NCBI GenBank assembly: GCA_964016885.1
Contig: OZ024741.1
Coordinates: 144,212,001 to 144,276,000, forward strand
Direction of reading: 5' to 3'
Origin: Eledone cirrhosa
Lineage: Eukaryota
Length of the DNA: 64,000 nt
A model generated the notes under the pieces. It saw only the letters and a list, made by a program, of their open reading frames with translations. It did not search any database and was not told the origin of the DNA. The position numbers were made by a program, and so were the translations under genes. Shown here in pieces: positions 1-13,417 of the stretch. Position 1 is the first letter of the stretch. Every line of letters begins with the position of its first letter.

Positions 1-173
1 TATATTTTTAACTTCTTTTTTCTCTAATTTTACTCGTGTTTGACATAGCAGAAAACCTTACTTTCGAATATATATACAAGTATGCAAAAGGCAAAAAGAA
101 ATAAGAAAGCTAACGACACAGTACAATGAAGAAATATATTATTAGTTTAACGCTTGATATAGTAGGAAAAGAG

Positions 174-209
174 TCTTAACGTTTCGGACGCTAGTTTTTC
201 ATCAGAAGA
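174..209 (-). ncRNA. Degenerate minimal type I hammerhead ribozyme (PLE pLTR remnant)
   Basis: Minus strand reads tctt CTGATGA aaaactagcgtcc GAAA cg TT aaga. Stem I, the core and the palindromic stem III (aacgtt) are present; stem II has decayed. Confidence 0.45.
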
Positions 210-386
210 AAGAATGAATATTTGAATAGGAAGCCTTTAAAATGGATGGGTTGCATCATAGAACTAGAACCACTTTCGTATGGGTTGGTTTCACATGTGT
301 TAAGATCATTGAAGCCGTTTAGATAGTAACAAAATATGTTATTTATCCTATGTAACTGATTAGGCAGATCTGTAATTAAAGATGTT

Positions 387-460
387 ATTACCATGCCTAT
401 AAAGTTAAAGATTACCATGCCTATAAAGTTAAAGGTGTATTATTCATGCCTATAAAGTTT
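387..460. repeat. Short tandem repeat (catgcctataaagtt x3)
   Basis: Three direct copies are visible. Confidence 0.75.
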
Positions 461-1034
461 ATAACACTGTATCTAAGAAAATATTATTCAATATCTTCTC
501 TCTTTTTAAGACAGTAAAGTGTGATTTGGTGTGTAGGCGTCGGAATCTCAGCTATTTTTAGCAAATTGAGTTGTCACATTTCTGGCCGATGCATCAAATG
601 TCATAGAGTAGGGTGAAAAGTATACACGATTGAAGAGACCACAATTTTGAGCAAGGCAATAATGGCTTACCGAACCATCGATGGGTGGAGTAATGTCTTG
701 AAGTGTGACCTCAATGTTTTTGACATCATTCAAACAAGTGGGAAACAGCTAGAGTGAAATAAAGAAAGAGAATGGGATTGTGAGTATGAGAGAGAAAGAG
801 AGAGAGAGATAGAGATAGATAGAGAGATAGATAGAGAGAGAGAAACGTGTGAAAGAGAGAAAGAAATTTCTCTAGATTTATAAAGCAGTGCCGAAGGCTG
901 AAGTCAACCATGAATCATACTATCGAAGTGTGGCCAGTGCATTGAGGCAAGACAAACTACCCTCACGTTTGTATGTAAATGTCTCTATGTATGTGTGAGA
1001 GTGCTTATGAATGTGTGTTTATGTGTGTATGTGA

Positions 1035-1560
<526 letters not shown>

Positions 1561-2039
1561 TGTGGGGGTGTCCATTACATATTTCCAAATATTTGTCTGT
1601 GTGTAAGTCCACCCCACAACCCTCCTATTCTATGTAGATATCGCCTGCTTTCTGTTGTCATCGTATTACTGAATCATTTTTTTTACTTCTCTACATCGTT
1701 CCGTAATTTTCCCTCTTATACTACCACCACCTCTTACTTCCACTCACCTACCTTTTTTTTTTTCATTTTTGTGTCTTTTCATTGTCTTTCACTAGAAATT
1801 GCGTTTTTTTAAAATCCTTATTTCTCGTTGAAGAATCTCAGCTGTTTTCGTTCTGAGTTCAAATCACGCTATCACCTATTTGAGTCGTACACTTAGTCTG
1901 CCGTTCAGTTTAATACCACCATCTGACCATTTACAGGGTAATTCATATTTTCAGGTATGTTTACATGCTTACATATTAAATATATTTATATTTATATACA
2001 TATGCTGCCGTCTCGGTTACCCACTCTTGATGTATACAG

Positions 2040-3480
2040 ATATAACTTTATATATATATGGACTCTCTCGTCTCGGATGAGGGTCCAGCAAACATTATAC
2101 AGTATGCGCACTCTTGAACCCTATCCCTCCTCCTAAGATGCAATTTTAGGTTCGCACGCAATCGATCATGGTGCTCCCGTCTACCGGTCTCAAAATCCAA
2201 TAGCTGTCTAAAACAAGTCAACCTCCATCCTTGACGATCCACAGCCTGTGGATTACTGAGCCAAGATAGGTGAAAATATCAACTGTCTGAAGCTGTTTGC
2301 CATCCATAGAAAACTGTTGGTAGAGCAGGTGGCTGTTGCTCGGGGATAGGCTGATAAAAGAAATCAATCTTTTTTATAGTGATTCTAATTCCGAACGTTT
2401 TACATGCATCTGAAAAAGCATTTAGAATAGTCTGCACGTCTGTCAAGTTGTGGGCTACAAGAACACAATCATCCGCAAACAGAAAACTACGGGCTGCTTG
2501 GACAAGAGTCTTTGTTTTTGCTTTAAACCGTTGCTGGTTGTAACGACCTCCTGTTGTTTGAAACTCAAAAGAATCTCCCTCATTGGTATTTCGAAAATCA
2601 TGCCCCAGCATCACTGAGAAAAACAAAGCGAAAAGAAGAGGAACCAAAATACATTCTTGTTTGGTTCTATTGGTCACATCAAAAGGTTCTGAGCAGTCAC
2701 TACGAGCGTTAACAGATGATTTCATTCAGTAATGAAAGGATATTCTGATGTCAAGCATTTCCTCAGACTAAACACCAAATCAATAGTGTCTCATTCCGAT
2801 CTAAAACTACACTGTGACCCAGGTAGCACAGATCTTGCAAGAGAAGAATTTAGGCGGTTCACTCGAGCAAGTATTTTTCCTGCAACTAACAAAAATCAAA
2901 TCCCCCTATGGTTGTCGCATGCACAATTGTTACCATTGTTTTTTGTAAAGGTGTACAATTGAAGCATCTTTAAACTGCAGGGCTACAGAACCCCTCTCCC
3001 ATGCATATGTTAAGAACTCAAAGACTTTTGTCACCAGAGCTTGACCTCAAAACATGTTATACTTCAGCTGCCAGACCATCATTACGGAGTATTGCCGTTA
3101 GATAGTTGTCTAATGGCAGTTTTGATTTCTAAAAGAGAAGGGCTGTTTGACAGGTATTGCAATACAGGCTGCTGCGAAATATTAAAAATATCTATATTAA
3201 CATTTGAGTCTCTATCCAAAACACTTAAGAAGTGTTCAGCCCACCTTTTGGTTATATCACGCTTGTTGGTTAATAATTCCTTTTCTAGAGAAAGAACTGG
3301 AGATGAACCGTTTTAAATAGGACCAAAAGTTCCTTTAATGTTCTGATAAAAGGATTTCAAATCAACTATATCATCTGCTTCTTGGAGGGCCTTTGCTTTT
3401 CCTTTCCAGTAGTTTAGTTTCATTTCACGAAGTTTGGCCCAAGCATGATTTTTTGTTTGTTTATAAGTTTTGTTTGGAGA
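2040..3480 (-). mobile_element. Degraded RTE-clade LINE, RT region
   Basis: ORF 2279-2725 has KQECILVPLLF (QGC..P motif) and FLFADDCVL. Flanking pieces (WKGKAKALQEADD..FYQNIK.TFGP; DRQGWR) are RTE-like. Many frameshifts. Confidence 0.85.
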
Positions 3481-3499
3481 TTGAGTTCTTATCAAGCAT

Positions 3500-4420
3500 C
3501 CAAGCACGGTGACGTTTATACATTTTCCCAAGAAGTGATTGTATTTGTAGATCATTTAATTCAAATCAGTTTTCTATTCCATTTAAGGTTAGAGGTCTTT
3601 TCTTTTCTATCTTTGATTTCCATGTTTGTGTGTTTTGTTTTTCTTGTTTGTGTAGATCTAAGGGGTACCCACTTCTTTTGTAACGACAGTGGCTACTGCA
3701 TATATTATATTACTTAGCCTTATGATACTAATATTTTTTTCGTATTTATTAAGTCTATGATGGCTAGATTAGTGGTTATTTTATAGTTGTTATTATTTCA
3801 TTATTAATTTTTCTACCTTTGGGGTTGTATTCTTTGGTCCATAAGGAGATCTTTCATTGTTTGGAGGTCTTGGATTATTTCCAGTTTTATTCTATTGTGA
3901 TCTTGAGTTTCGTCTTTAGGGTTTCTTTTTTTTTTATATATTCCTCCTCATATTTCTTTTCATTTGTATTTTTGGTAGTGTTGTCTTGAATCAGTTTTCG
4001 TTGGTCAGTACTCTGTATGTCTTTTATTGCGTTTGTTGGATATGTTGGTTGCTTTGTTCATGTTTCAAATTCTTTATATATTCATGTTAGTTGTTTTGGG
4101 TTAGTTTTTGTGTTTTCGTTATGTACTTGTTCTTTTAGGTGCTCTATTTCCATGTCTGATATTTTTTTGTTTTGTTTTTAGTATGTATATCTTTAAATTT
4201 ACTAGTTTGTTGGTGTTGAGCTTTAAATCAGAGTATGGGTTGTTGTTTCTTTATCAGATTTTATGTGTCTTGTGTTTTCAGTTTTAGGATATAATGTTGC
4301 TGTAAAATATGCATGTAGGATCGGAACATATTTTTCTCATGTTCCTTTGAGTCTTTTAAACTTTATTTGTGACTCTAGAGAGGTAAAGTCCGGCCCATCT
4401 TTAGAATGTTATGATTTTTG
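3500..4420 (-). mobile_element. Highly degraded 5' part of an R4/Dong-like non-LTR element
   Basis: Hand translation gives fragments such as ILHAYFTATLYP, NNPYSDLKLNTNKL and KISDMEIEHL. These resemble the N-terminus of the element at 36149-37105. Confidence 0.4.
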
Positions 4421-4847
4421 TTGGCCTTTGTGCTTCTAAATTTGTACGTTTTGAATTGGTTTTCGTACGATTTGTTTTCTTAAGTTCAAAGACAGAACGA
4501 CAGTACATGTATGTGATTCATTTGTATACATAGATGTCTCTATTTTTATAATATAAACACTTGTAACACAATCGATAAATTTTATATTACTTACAGGCAT
4601 CGGTATTCATTTAGTTTGTTTGTTTTTTTCTTCCTTTCGTTTTCGTTGTGTTGTGGCTGTTTTTGAACTTGTTCTATTTTTCGTACGTGGTTCCAATGTT
4701 AACAAAGTATTTTATTTGATAGGGACAATCCATACATAAAATATATTTTTGGGAGGGTTCATTGGTTCTTGTCTAACACATTCTTCTTCGTTTTCTGGCT
4801 ATATTTACTATTGTTTCGCCCATGATGTTATCATTATTGGCAAAGGG

Positions 4848-5040
4848 TGGTGTGTTGGAAGCATCGGTAGAGAACCGGACAACATACTTTGTGGCATACA
4901 GTCACGTCCCTTTACGTTCTATGTTCAAATCTTGCCTTTCATTCTTACGGGGTCTATAAAATAATGTACCAGTAACGTACTGCAGTCAATTTAATCGACT
5001 TCCCCCCCCTTCCAAATTATGCCTAAATCAGAAACCATTA
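4848..5040 (+). mobile_element. Diverged tRNA-derived SINE (family of 5689-5873)
   Basis: Contains gttcaaatc..gcctttcattcttacggggtctataaaataatgtaccagt. Confidence 0.7.
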
Positions 5041-5451
5041 TTCATTTTCACCTCATGTTCCCATAACCAAAGAAAGATATAGTACAAGGAATAACACTGA
5101 CTAAATAACACCAGTTTTTATCCCTTCCTCTCTAACTAAAGTTTCTTCACCTTAGCCAAGTCTCAGATTAATCTACACTTAGTGGAGAGGTTAACAGTAA
5201 ACATCATTTCTTTTCTGTCGTTGGGTCAGCAAAAATACATTACGTTGAATGTCAATAATAAAAAGACCGACATTTGATGTATATTACACACACACACACA
5301 TGCATATATTTATGTATGTACATGCACACACACACATATATGTATATATAAATACACACTCACACACACACACACACATATATATTTATATGTATATATA
5401 TATATACACATTATAAATAACAATCAAAGAGGGTTTAAAACATTTAATCAC

Positions 5452-5495
5452 TTACGATCGTTACATCCTAGCACAAGGCCGATATCATCGGAGTA
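5452..5495 (-). ncRNA. Decayed hammerhead-like motif
   Basis: Minus strand reads act CCGATGA tatc..gat GTAA cgatcg TA agt, with two core substitutions and a palindromic stem III. Confidence 0.3.
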
Positions 5496-5688
5496 TATAA
5501 AAGTTAAAACACAAATATAATATGAGACGTTTGTCATAAGAACATTAGGAGGTTACATAATATACTGTAATATACTTGTTATTTTACATTGAGCTATTCT
5601 CATACTTGTAATTGGTTAATATTTAATATTACCCACATTATATATATATATATATTTATATATAGATACAATTATATATATATATATA

Positions 5689-5873
5689 TGGTGGATTGGC
5701 AGTAACGTTAGAGGGTCGGACGCCATGCTTATAAGCATAGTTACGTCCCTTTACGATCTGAGTTCAAATCCCGCCGAGGTTGACTTTGCCTTTCATCCTT
5801 ACGGGGTCGATAAAATAAAGTACCAGTAATGCACTGGGTAATTGCTGGCCTTGTGCCTAAAGTAGAAACAATT
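5689..5873 (+). mobile_element. tRNA-derived SINE with Nin-like central domain
   Basis: B-box gagttcaaatccc followed by gcctttcatccttacggggtcgataaa. Near-identical copies lie at 14703, 40136, 57575 and 63523. Confidence 0.85.
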
Positions 5874-6097
5874 ATATATATATATTTCGTTTCTGAATTT
5901 GTTTGGCAAGATTCTTTATCTGAAAACTCATGTTGAAACCGATATTGTTATACTTTGGGAGGGTCATGTTGCCAATAAGAAACACATGCACCAGTTGCTT
6001 TCACTTCAATTTATTATAAGTTAAGTTTATAAATTTAAGAATTTATAAATTTCCGGTTGGTTGGTTGGTTCCATAACCGGACGGCTGTTCATATATT

Positions 6098-6140
6098 GTC
6101 AAAGTTCTTTCGTCACACATTCTGTGACCTCTTCAGTGAC
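6098..6140 (-). ncRNA. Type I hammerhead ribozyme, family A
   Basis: Minus strand reads gtca CTGAAGA g gtcaca gaatg tgtgac GAAA gaac TT tgac. Confidence 0.8.
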
Positions 6141-7401
6141 TGGGGATTCTTTTCTTTGTTTTGTGCCTCTCCTTTGTTCTGTCCTACGCCATCTTGTTTT
6201 TGTGTGTGTTGTGTGCTTAGTTTACGCATGTGTTACATCCGGGTGTCTGTGTGTGTTTATATTTGTTTATTTACATGTTACTGGTTGGTTGTTTGTTCTA
6301 TGTGTGTGTGTTTTCATTTTGTCCTTAATTGTAAGTTGTGATGTTTCTGTTCCATTCATGTTTTCTATTTAATTTTGGTTGGAGTTCATTTATGTTTATT
6401 GCCTCTGTGATTTGTCTAAACATTGCGTCTTTTCTGTGTGTAGATTCTATTTTTATTTCTATGTTCTCTAATTTGCCCCTATGTTCTATTTTAGCATGTT
6501 GGTAGAGTACAGATGATTCTTTACTATACTACGAGCTGTCTCACCTATGTACACTATATTCTTATCTCTACATTGTCCTTCAGTACATCTTATGCTATGC
6601 TATATACTACATTTCTAGTTTAGACAAATCACAGAGGCAATAAACATGAATTAAATAGAAAACATGAATGGAACAGCAACATCACAACTTACAATTAAGG
6701 ACAAAATGAAAACACACACGCACATAGAACAAACAACCAACCAGTAACATGTAAATAAACAAATAAATAAACAAATATAAACACACACAGACACCCGGAT
6801 GTAACACATGCGCAAACTAAGCACACAACACACTAATTTGTTCTCTAATTTGCCCTTATGTTCTATTTTAGCATGTTGGTGGAGTATTGATGATTCTTTT
6901 TTATCTTGAAGTTCTCGCCAGTGTTCATTTAACCGTTCTCCTATACTACGAGCTGTCTCACCTATGTACACTATATTCTTATCTTTACATTGTCCTTCAG
7001 TACATCTTATGCTATATACTACATTGTAGTATAAATGTAGTATATAGCATAAGATGTACTGAAGGACAATGTAAAGATAAGAATATAGTGTACATAGGTG
7101 AGACAGCTCGTAGTATAGGGGAACGGTTAAATGAACACAGGCGAGAACTTCAAGATAAAAAAGAATCATCAATACTCCACCAACATGCTAAAATAGAACA
7201 TAAGGGCAAATTAGAGAACATAGAAATAAAAATAGAATCTACACACAGAAAAGACGCAATGTTTAGACAAATCACTGAGGCAATAAACATAAATGAACTC
7301 CAACCAAAATTAAATAGAAAACATGAATGGAACAGCAACATCACAACTTACAATTAAGGACAAAATGAAAACACACACAACCAGATGATTGTTCATATAT
7401 T

Positions 7402-7444
7402 GTCAAAGTTCTTTCGTCACACATTCTGTGACCTCTTCAGTGAC
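7402..7444 (-). ncRNA. Type I hammerhead ribozyme, family A
   Basis: Identical to 6098-6140. Confidence 0.8.
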
Positions 7445-8026
7445 TGGGGATTCTTTTCTTTGTTTTTGTGCCTCTCCTTTGTTCTGTCCTACGCCATCTT
7501 GTTTTTGTGTGTGTTGTGTGCTTAGTTTGAGCATGTGTTACATCCGGGTGTCTGTGTGTGTTTATATTTGTTTATTTATTCGTTTATTTACATGTTAGTG
7601 GTTGGTTGTTTGTTCTATGTTCGTGTGTGTTTTCATTTTGTCCTTAATTGTAAGTTGTGATGTTGCTGTTCCATTCAAGTTTTCTATTTAATTTATGTTT
7701 ATTGCCTCTGTGATTTGTCTAAACTAGAAATGTAGTATATAGCATAGCATAAGATGTACTGAAGGACAATGTAGAGATAAGAATATAGTGTACATAGGTG
7801 AGACAGCTCGTAGTATAGGGGAATGGATAAATGAACATTGGCGAGACCTTCATCTGTTCTCTACCAACATGCTAAAATAGAACATAAGGGTAAATTAGAG
7901 AACATAGAAATAAAAATAGAATCTACACACAGAAAAGACGCAATGTTTAGACAAATCACAGAGGCAATAAACATAAATGAACTCCAACCAAAATTAAATA
8001 GAAAACATGAATGGAACAACAACATC

Positions 8027-8217
8027 AGATGGAATGGAATGCTTTACATATTTTTACTGTTCCATTAATGGATTGTACTTGTAATTTCCTAACTAGTTGT
8101 GTTCTTTCTGTTCCTGCGAAGCCCAGCTTCTCAAGATTTGTATTGAGGCAGTTACTAACATATCCCAGTGCCCCAATAATCACAGGCATACATCTGAAGA
8201 TATAATCAGGGTGGAGT
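8027..8217 (-). mobile_element. 3' fragment of R4/Dong-type element (family of 24373-25612)
   Basis: PVIIGALGYVSNCL..NLEKLGF..LVRKLQVQSINGTVKICK matches the 24464-24997 ORF. The 5' junction is on (CATA)n. Confidence 0.85.
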
Positions 8218-8315
8218 ATGTATGTATGTATGTATGTATGTATGTATGTATGTATGTATGTATGTATGTATGTATGTATGTATGTATGTATGTATGTATG
8301 TATGTATGTATGTAT

Positions 8316-8860
8316 GTTGGCGACTAAACTGGCAACCCCACCAAGGTTTCTTGGTGAGTAGGGTGACTTTGGACATCCTGCATGACTAAAAACAAAACCT
8401 GTCAAAGAGCAAAGGAGCTCTTAAGAGTCAATGGCCATCCAAAATCACCGGGAGAGATGACCCCTTAGCCTTTGTCAAGGCAGAATTCTAGGAGAAGGAA
8501 AACTCTGATATAACACCTGCAACCCTGATGGTATCCAATGATGTTGACTTGTTCTTCTTTTTGGTAAATATCATCTTGGTTAAGAGAGTGGGACTGGCTT
8601 TGTGCAGTGCCTTTGTTCACTATAAAAGCTTCACGGCACAGGCATTGCTTTATATCTGGAGATCTCTCTGCACTTGTCGTTACATGGTACCATGGGCCCG
8701 GCAATATGTGTCAATAATTGTCACAAGTGCAGTGTTTGTACCAGAGTTTTCAAGTCGCTGGCGGGACTAAAAAGTCACACTCGTTCAGCGCATCAGTAGG
8801 GGTTCTCCTACATGGATATGAAGTAGTGGCCGTACTCGAAAACGAGTTGGCAGCCACCAT
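8316..8860 (+). mobile_element. Non-autonomous RTE-derived element (~550 bp) with (TATG)n tail
   Basis: Five copies in the window. It carries an RTE 5'-UTR-like tctaggagaaggaaaactctga, a 3' stem-loop ctcg-aaaa-cgag, then gcagccacc and (atgt)n. Confidence 0.75.
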
Positions 8861-8940
8861 GTATGTATGTATGTATGTATGTATGTATGTATGTATGTAT
8901 GTATGTATGTATGTATGTATGTATGTATGTATGTATGTAT

Positions 8941-10175
8941 ATTAACATCAGGCGCTTTGCTGCAAAGACAAAAGTATTTACATCAATCATAAGTGACCTC
9001 TTGTATGCAGATGATTGCGATCTTGTAACGCACACAGAGAGTGATATGCAGCACATTTTGAATGCATTTTCTGACGCTTGCACTGCCCTAGGATTAACTG
9101 TCAGTCTCAAGAAAACCGTCGTCATGTACCAACCTGCCCCTGGTAAGCAGTACAGTGAACCAAATATCTCTGTGTATGGTAAACGACTTGGAGTTGTTGA
9201 TCAGTTTGTCTACCTGGGAAGCACTGTCAATCGATACAGCAACCTTGATAGAGAAATCTCACTTAGGATTAGGAAAGCAAGTGATGCTTTCGGATAGCTA
9301 GAAAGACGACTCTGCGGTCGGTGAGACATATGCAAGAAGACAAAGGTAAAGGTGTACAAGGCATGTGTGCTCTCCTGTCTTCTTTATGCCTGCGAGACCT
9401 GGGTCACATATCGACACCACCTTAAGCAATTGGAGCGTTTCCATCAGATGTGTCTCAGACGGATCCATGGCGTTCACTGGAGGGACCACATCAGTGATGT
9501 CGAGATTTTGGAAAGCGCTATGTGTGACAGTATAGAAGCTCTTGTACTTAAGCAAGGACTCCGTTGGAGTGGTCACCTTGCCAGGATGAAGGATTCTAGA
9601 ATACCAAAACAACTCTTTTATGGAGAGTTAGTTAAAGGAAAACGACCGCCACATAAACCAAAAAAGAGGTATAAGGATTCCTTGAAAGCCTCTTTGAAAG
9701 ACGCTAACATCTCTGCTGATACATGGGAAAATATTGCTGCTGATCGTAATAAATGGAGAAAGACTGTATATGAGGGAAAAGTTGCCTTTGAGGCATCTCG
9801 AATCGCATACGAGAATGTAAAGCGGGATGTGTGGAAGGGCATTGCTTTTGCACTTCCAGACGGCGAGGGTCCTCCTATGGTGCTGACATGCCTAAGCAAA
9901 GCTGGACTCGAAAGTCATCTTCGCAGTCATAAAGTAAGACCAGTGGTTGACTACCAGGCTGCTGTTGGAGATGATACTCATCATGCTTGCCAAGCATGTG
10001 GTAGAGAATATAAATCAGCAGGAGGGCTCAAGCGACATGCAAAAGTACATGAACTCCAGCCACAGCCGGCTATTCTCAGTGAATGTTTTGGTTGCCGACT
10101 CTGTGCAAGACATTTTAAATCATTGGCTCGGCTAAAAAGCCACATTCGATCGCAGCGCTGTTAGTTGCTATCTTG
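8941..10175 (+). mobile_element. 5'-truncated RTE LINE (RT C-half plus three C2H2-like fingers)
   Basis: DLLYADDC, FVYLGS, YKACVLSCLLYACETW, LRWSGHLARM and RIPKQLFYGEL are present, with one in-frame stop near 9297. Confidence 0.92.
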
Positions 10176-10206
10176 TGTGTATGTATAGATATGTTTATGT
10201 GTGTGC

Positions 10207-10246
<40 letters not shown>

Positions 10247-10278
10247 TATTATTGTTGTTGTCGTTATTATTATTATTG

Positions 10279-10364
<86 letters not shown>

Positions 10365-10402
10365 GTTGTTAATATATATGTATATATATATATACACATA
10401 TA

Positions 10403-11508
10403 TATTGCAAACACTCTCCACTTACACATAGAAAAGAACTGGAAGCGATATCTAGATGATTGCTTCATCCTTTGGCACGAAAACATCGAGAAACTTAAAG
10501 AATTTCACACCCTTATAAATGGGCTCAACACGAATATTAACTTTACGATGGAATACAGCCATCAACAACTCCCCTTCCTCGACATCCTCATTAAGATTCA
10601 TAACAAAAAATAGAAACAGACATATACTACAAGCCCACAGACTCCAAGCAATATCTTCCTTTCAATTCATTTCACCCTAGACACGTTAAAATTAATATTC
10701 CCTACAACTTAGTCAAGAGAATCTGTACTATAGTCTCCAATAAAAACACCTGTTACTTACGGCTACAAGAACTAAAGGACACACTCATAGGCAAGGACTA
10801 CCCTGCATCACTAATTGACAATGGAATCCAACGTGCCCTAAAACTCAGTACCCAGGACCTTAGACACCCTAAAGTAAATCAACCGAAACTAAAAGCTCTT
10901 CCATACATCTCCACACACAACCTCTCAACAATGAGGCCTTTGACACCATCCTCCAGAACATCCCTGTGTTAAAAAAGGACCATAGAATGAACCAAATCCT
11001 TCGAACACACGATATCATAAAGAGCAAAAGACAATCTAAGTCAATGAAAAATATCCTAACACATGCCAAAGTACTGCCAACCACAACAACGAAACCCACA
11101 GTAAAAAAATGCGATAGACCCAACTGTGGCATATGCATCAACCTAATAGAGGGTTCGGAATTCTATTTCAAAGAAGGACAACGTTTTATAGTAAAACACA
11201 ATTTCACATGCGCATCAGAAAATCTAATATACGTATTAACTTGCTCAGGTTGTCGAGAACAATACATAGACCAGACTAAAAACAGCCTCCACCAACGCAT
11301 GACTGTCCATAGATCCCAAATTAAAATACGGGAACACAGAAAAATACCACTGAGTGAACACATTGATACCTGTGCCGCCCAAAATCATCCCAACTTTAGA
11401 ATCTTTCCCCTCTACAAATTTAAAGATAATGCCACCCACACCCAGCGCATCAGCAAGGAATCTCACTTTATTAACAAATACGGACCCCGTCTAAACACTT
11501 CTCCCTAA
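10403..11508 (+). mobile_element. 5'-truncated Neptune-type PLE (RT plus GIY-YIG endonuclease), frameshifted
   Basis: KRYLDDCF, LPFLDI, TDIYYKPTD, CDRPNCGIC and FTCASENLIYVLTCSGCREQYIDQT..RMTVH are present. Confidence 0.9.
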
Positions 11509-11961
11509 GACGAACCCACAACATACACACGTCAACATACATACCTACATCAGCATACATCCTACATACATTTCTATCCACATATAAACACAATGACATA
11601 CGTAAACACACATGTTCTATGGTGCAACACAAATATACACAAATTTGCATACCTTTTGATGTTTATAGATATAAACGTGCCGACACACACACATACATAT
11701 ACGCACACATGCATTGCACACTGATGGGCACATACATATTTGTACACAAGTATTACCATACGGCAGGGCCTAATGGATTCCCCTTGCAGTACGTACAATC
11801 TGGACACTCACACACACCTTGGTGTTATGACAATACTATACACCATTTCACCCCTTTTATTATTAATGTTTTTGATGCTCTTTTGAGAGAATCGTTTTTG
11901 TAAATTACTGAAAATATCGAATAATGTACACCATTTTTACCAGTATCACAAAAATACTGGT

Positions 11962-12066
<105 letters not shown>

Positions 12067-12100
12067 TATACAGACACACATACACACGCGTACACACACG

Positions 12101-12137
<37 letters not shown>

Positions 12138-12577
12138 ACACACACACACTTCTCCGTATAAGACAAGAGCTGAAAAATATCTTTCAACATGTTAAAATAT
12201 CCCCCACACACGTACAGACACATTCCTACTGACCGAATCCTTCTACCACAAACCACTCTGCTACACACACACACACACACACTTTGTGCAGTGCCTTTGC
12301 TCACTATAAAATATATGTATGTATTAAAAGACTTATTTTTCAGTGACTTCTCAATCAGGCGAAAAAGGACACTCTTCGACAAACCTACATTTGGCGCAAA
12401 ATCAATTTTTAACATTCACGTGACCTCTACCGACCAATCAAAATTGTTTTGACTACAAGAATTTTTGCAACACGAATTGGCGCGAAATTTATAGTACTCA
12501 TTCACGTGACATTCAACAACCAACCAAATCTTAATACTTCTGGAGCCACTTTTGTCACATAAAACAGGAAGAATTTC

Positions 12578-12634
12578 CAAAACTGATCAGATTAGAGCAA
12601 ACATCACGGGCGCTCTATCTCAAAATTATTTTTG
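12578..12634 (+). ncRNA. Decayed hammerhead-like motif in a putative PLE 3' end (partial second copy reversed within 21459-21650)
   Basis: Reads caaaa CTGATCA gattagagc..gctctatct CAAAA ttatt ttttg; both core segments are altered. Confidence 0.35.
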
Positions 12635-12804
12635 AAAAGCATTAGAAATGCGGAACCGGTAAAAACTGAAAACTAAAACTGAATACTAACCAATACTTAT
12701 TACTAATTTATACTTATTCCTAATTAAACTGTTTTTCACTGGGAAAAATTTGTCAGCATTTTCTTTTCCTTATACTAATATACATATATATATATATATT
12801 TTTT

Positions 12805-12863
12805 CTCGTGCAATCGCCAAACTCGATAACGAGGGGGCAGCCATTATGTATGTATGTATGTAT
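12805..12863 (+). mobile_element. Short RTE-type 3' terminal stub
   Basis: ctcg-ataa-cgag stem-loop followed by gcagccatt and (atgt)n. Confidence 0.55.
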
Positions 12864-13417
12864 GGTCGGGTCGTTGGCGACTAAACTGGCAACCCCACCA
12901 AGGTTTCTTAGTGAGGAAGGTGACTTTGGACATCCTGCAGGACTAAAAACAAAACCTGTCAAAGGGCAAAGGAGCTCTTAAGAGTCAATGGCCATCCAAA
13001 ATCACCGGGAGACATGACCCCTTAGCCTTTGTCAAGGCAGAATTCTAGGAGAAGGAAAACTCAGATATAACACCTGCAACCCTGATGGTATCCAATGATG
13101 TTGAGTTGTTCTTCTTTTTGGTAAATATCATCTTGGTTAAGACAGTGGGACTGGCTTTGTGCAGTGCCTTTGCTCACTATAAAAGCTTCACGGCACAGGC
13201 ATTGCTTTATATCTGGAGATCTCTCGGCACTTTTCGTCACATGGTACCATGGGCCCAGCACTATGTGTCAATAATTGTCACAAGTGTAGTGTTTGTACCA
13301 GAGTTTTCAAGTCGCTGGCTGGACTAAAAAGTCACACTCGTTCAGCACATCGGTAGGGGTTCTCCTACATGGATATAAAGTTGTGGCCGTACTCGAAAAC
13401 GAGTTGGTAGCCACCAT
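12864..13417 (+). mobile_element. Non-autonomous RTE-derived element, apparently full length
   Basis: Close copy of 8316-8860 with additional 5' bases ggtcgggtc. Confidence 0.8.

Larger units (their letters stand above)
5884..8026. mobile_element. Cluster of alternately inverted 3' fragments of a PLE (same family as 53775-55785)
   Basis: GIY-YIG motif NVVYSIRC..C..YIGETARS..ERLNEH occurs on both strands. The 3' UTR/pLTR matches 53775-54210. Confidence 0.9.

Noticed and set aside
5689-5775. tRNA gene
   Set aside because: A B-box is present but there is no cloverleaf; it is a SINE head with multiple copies.
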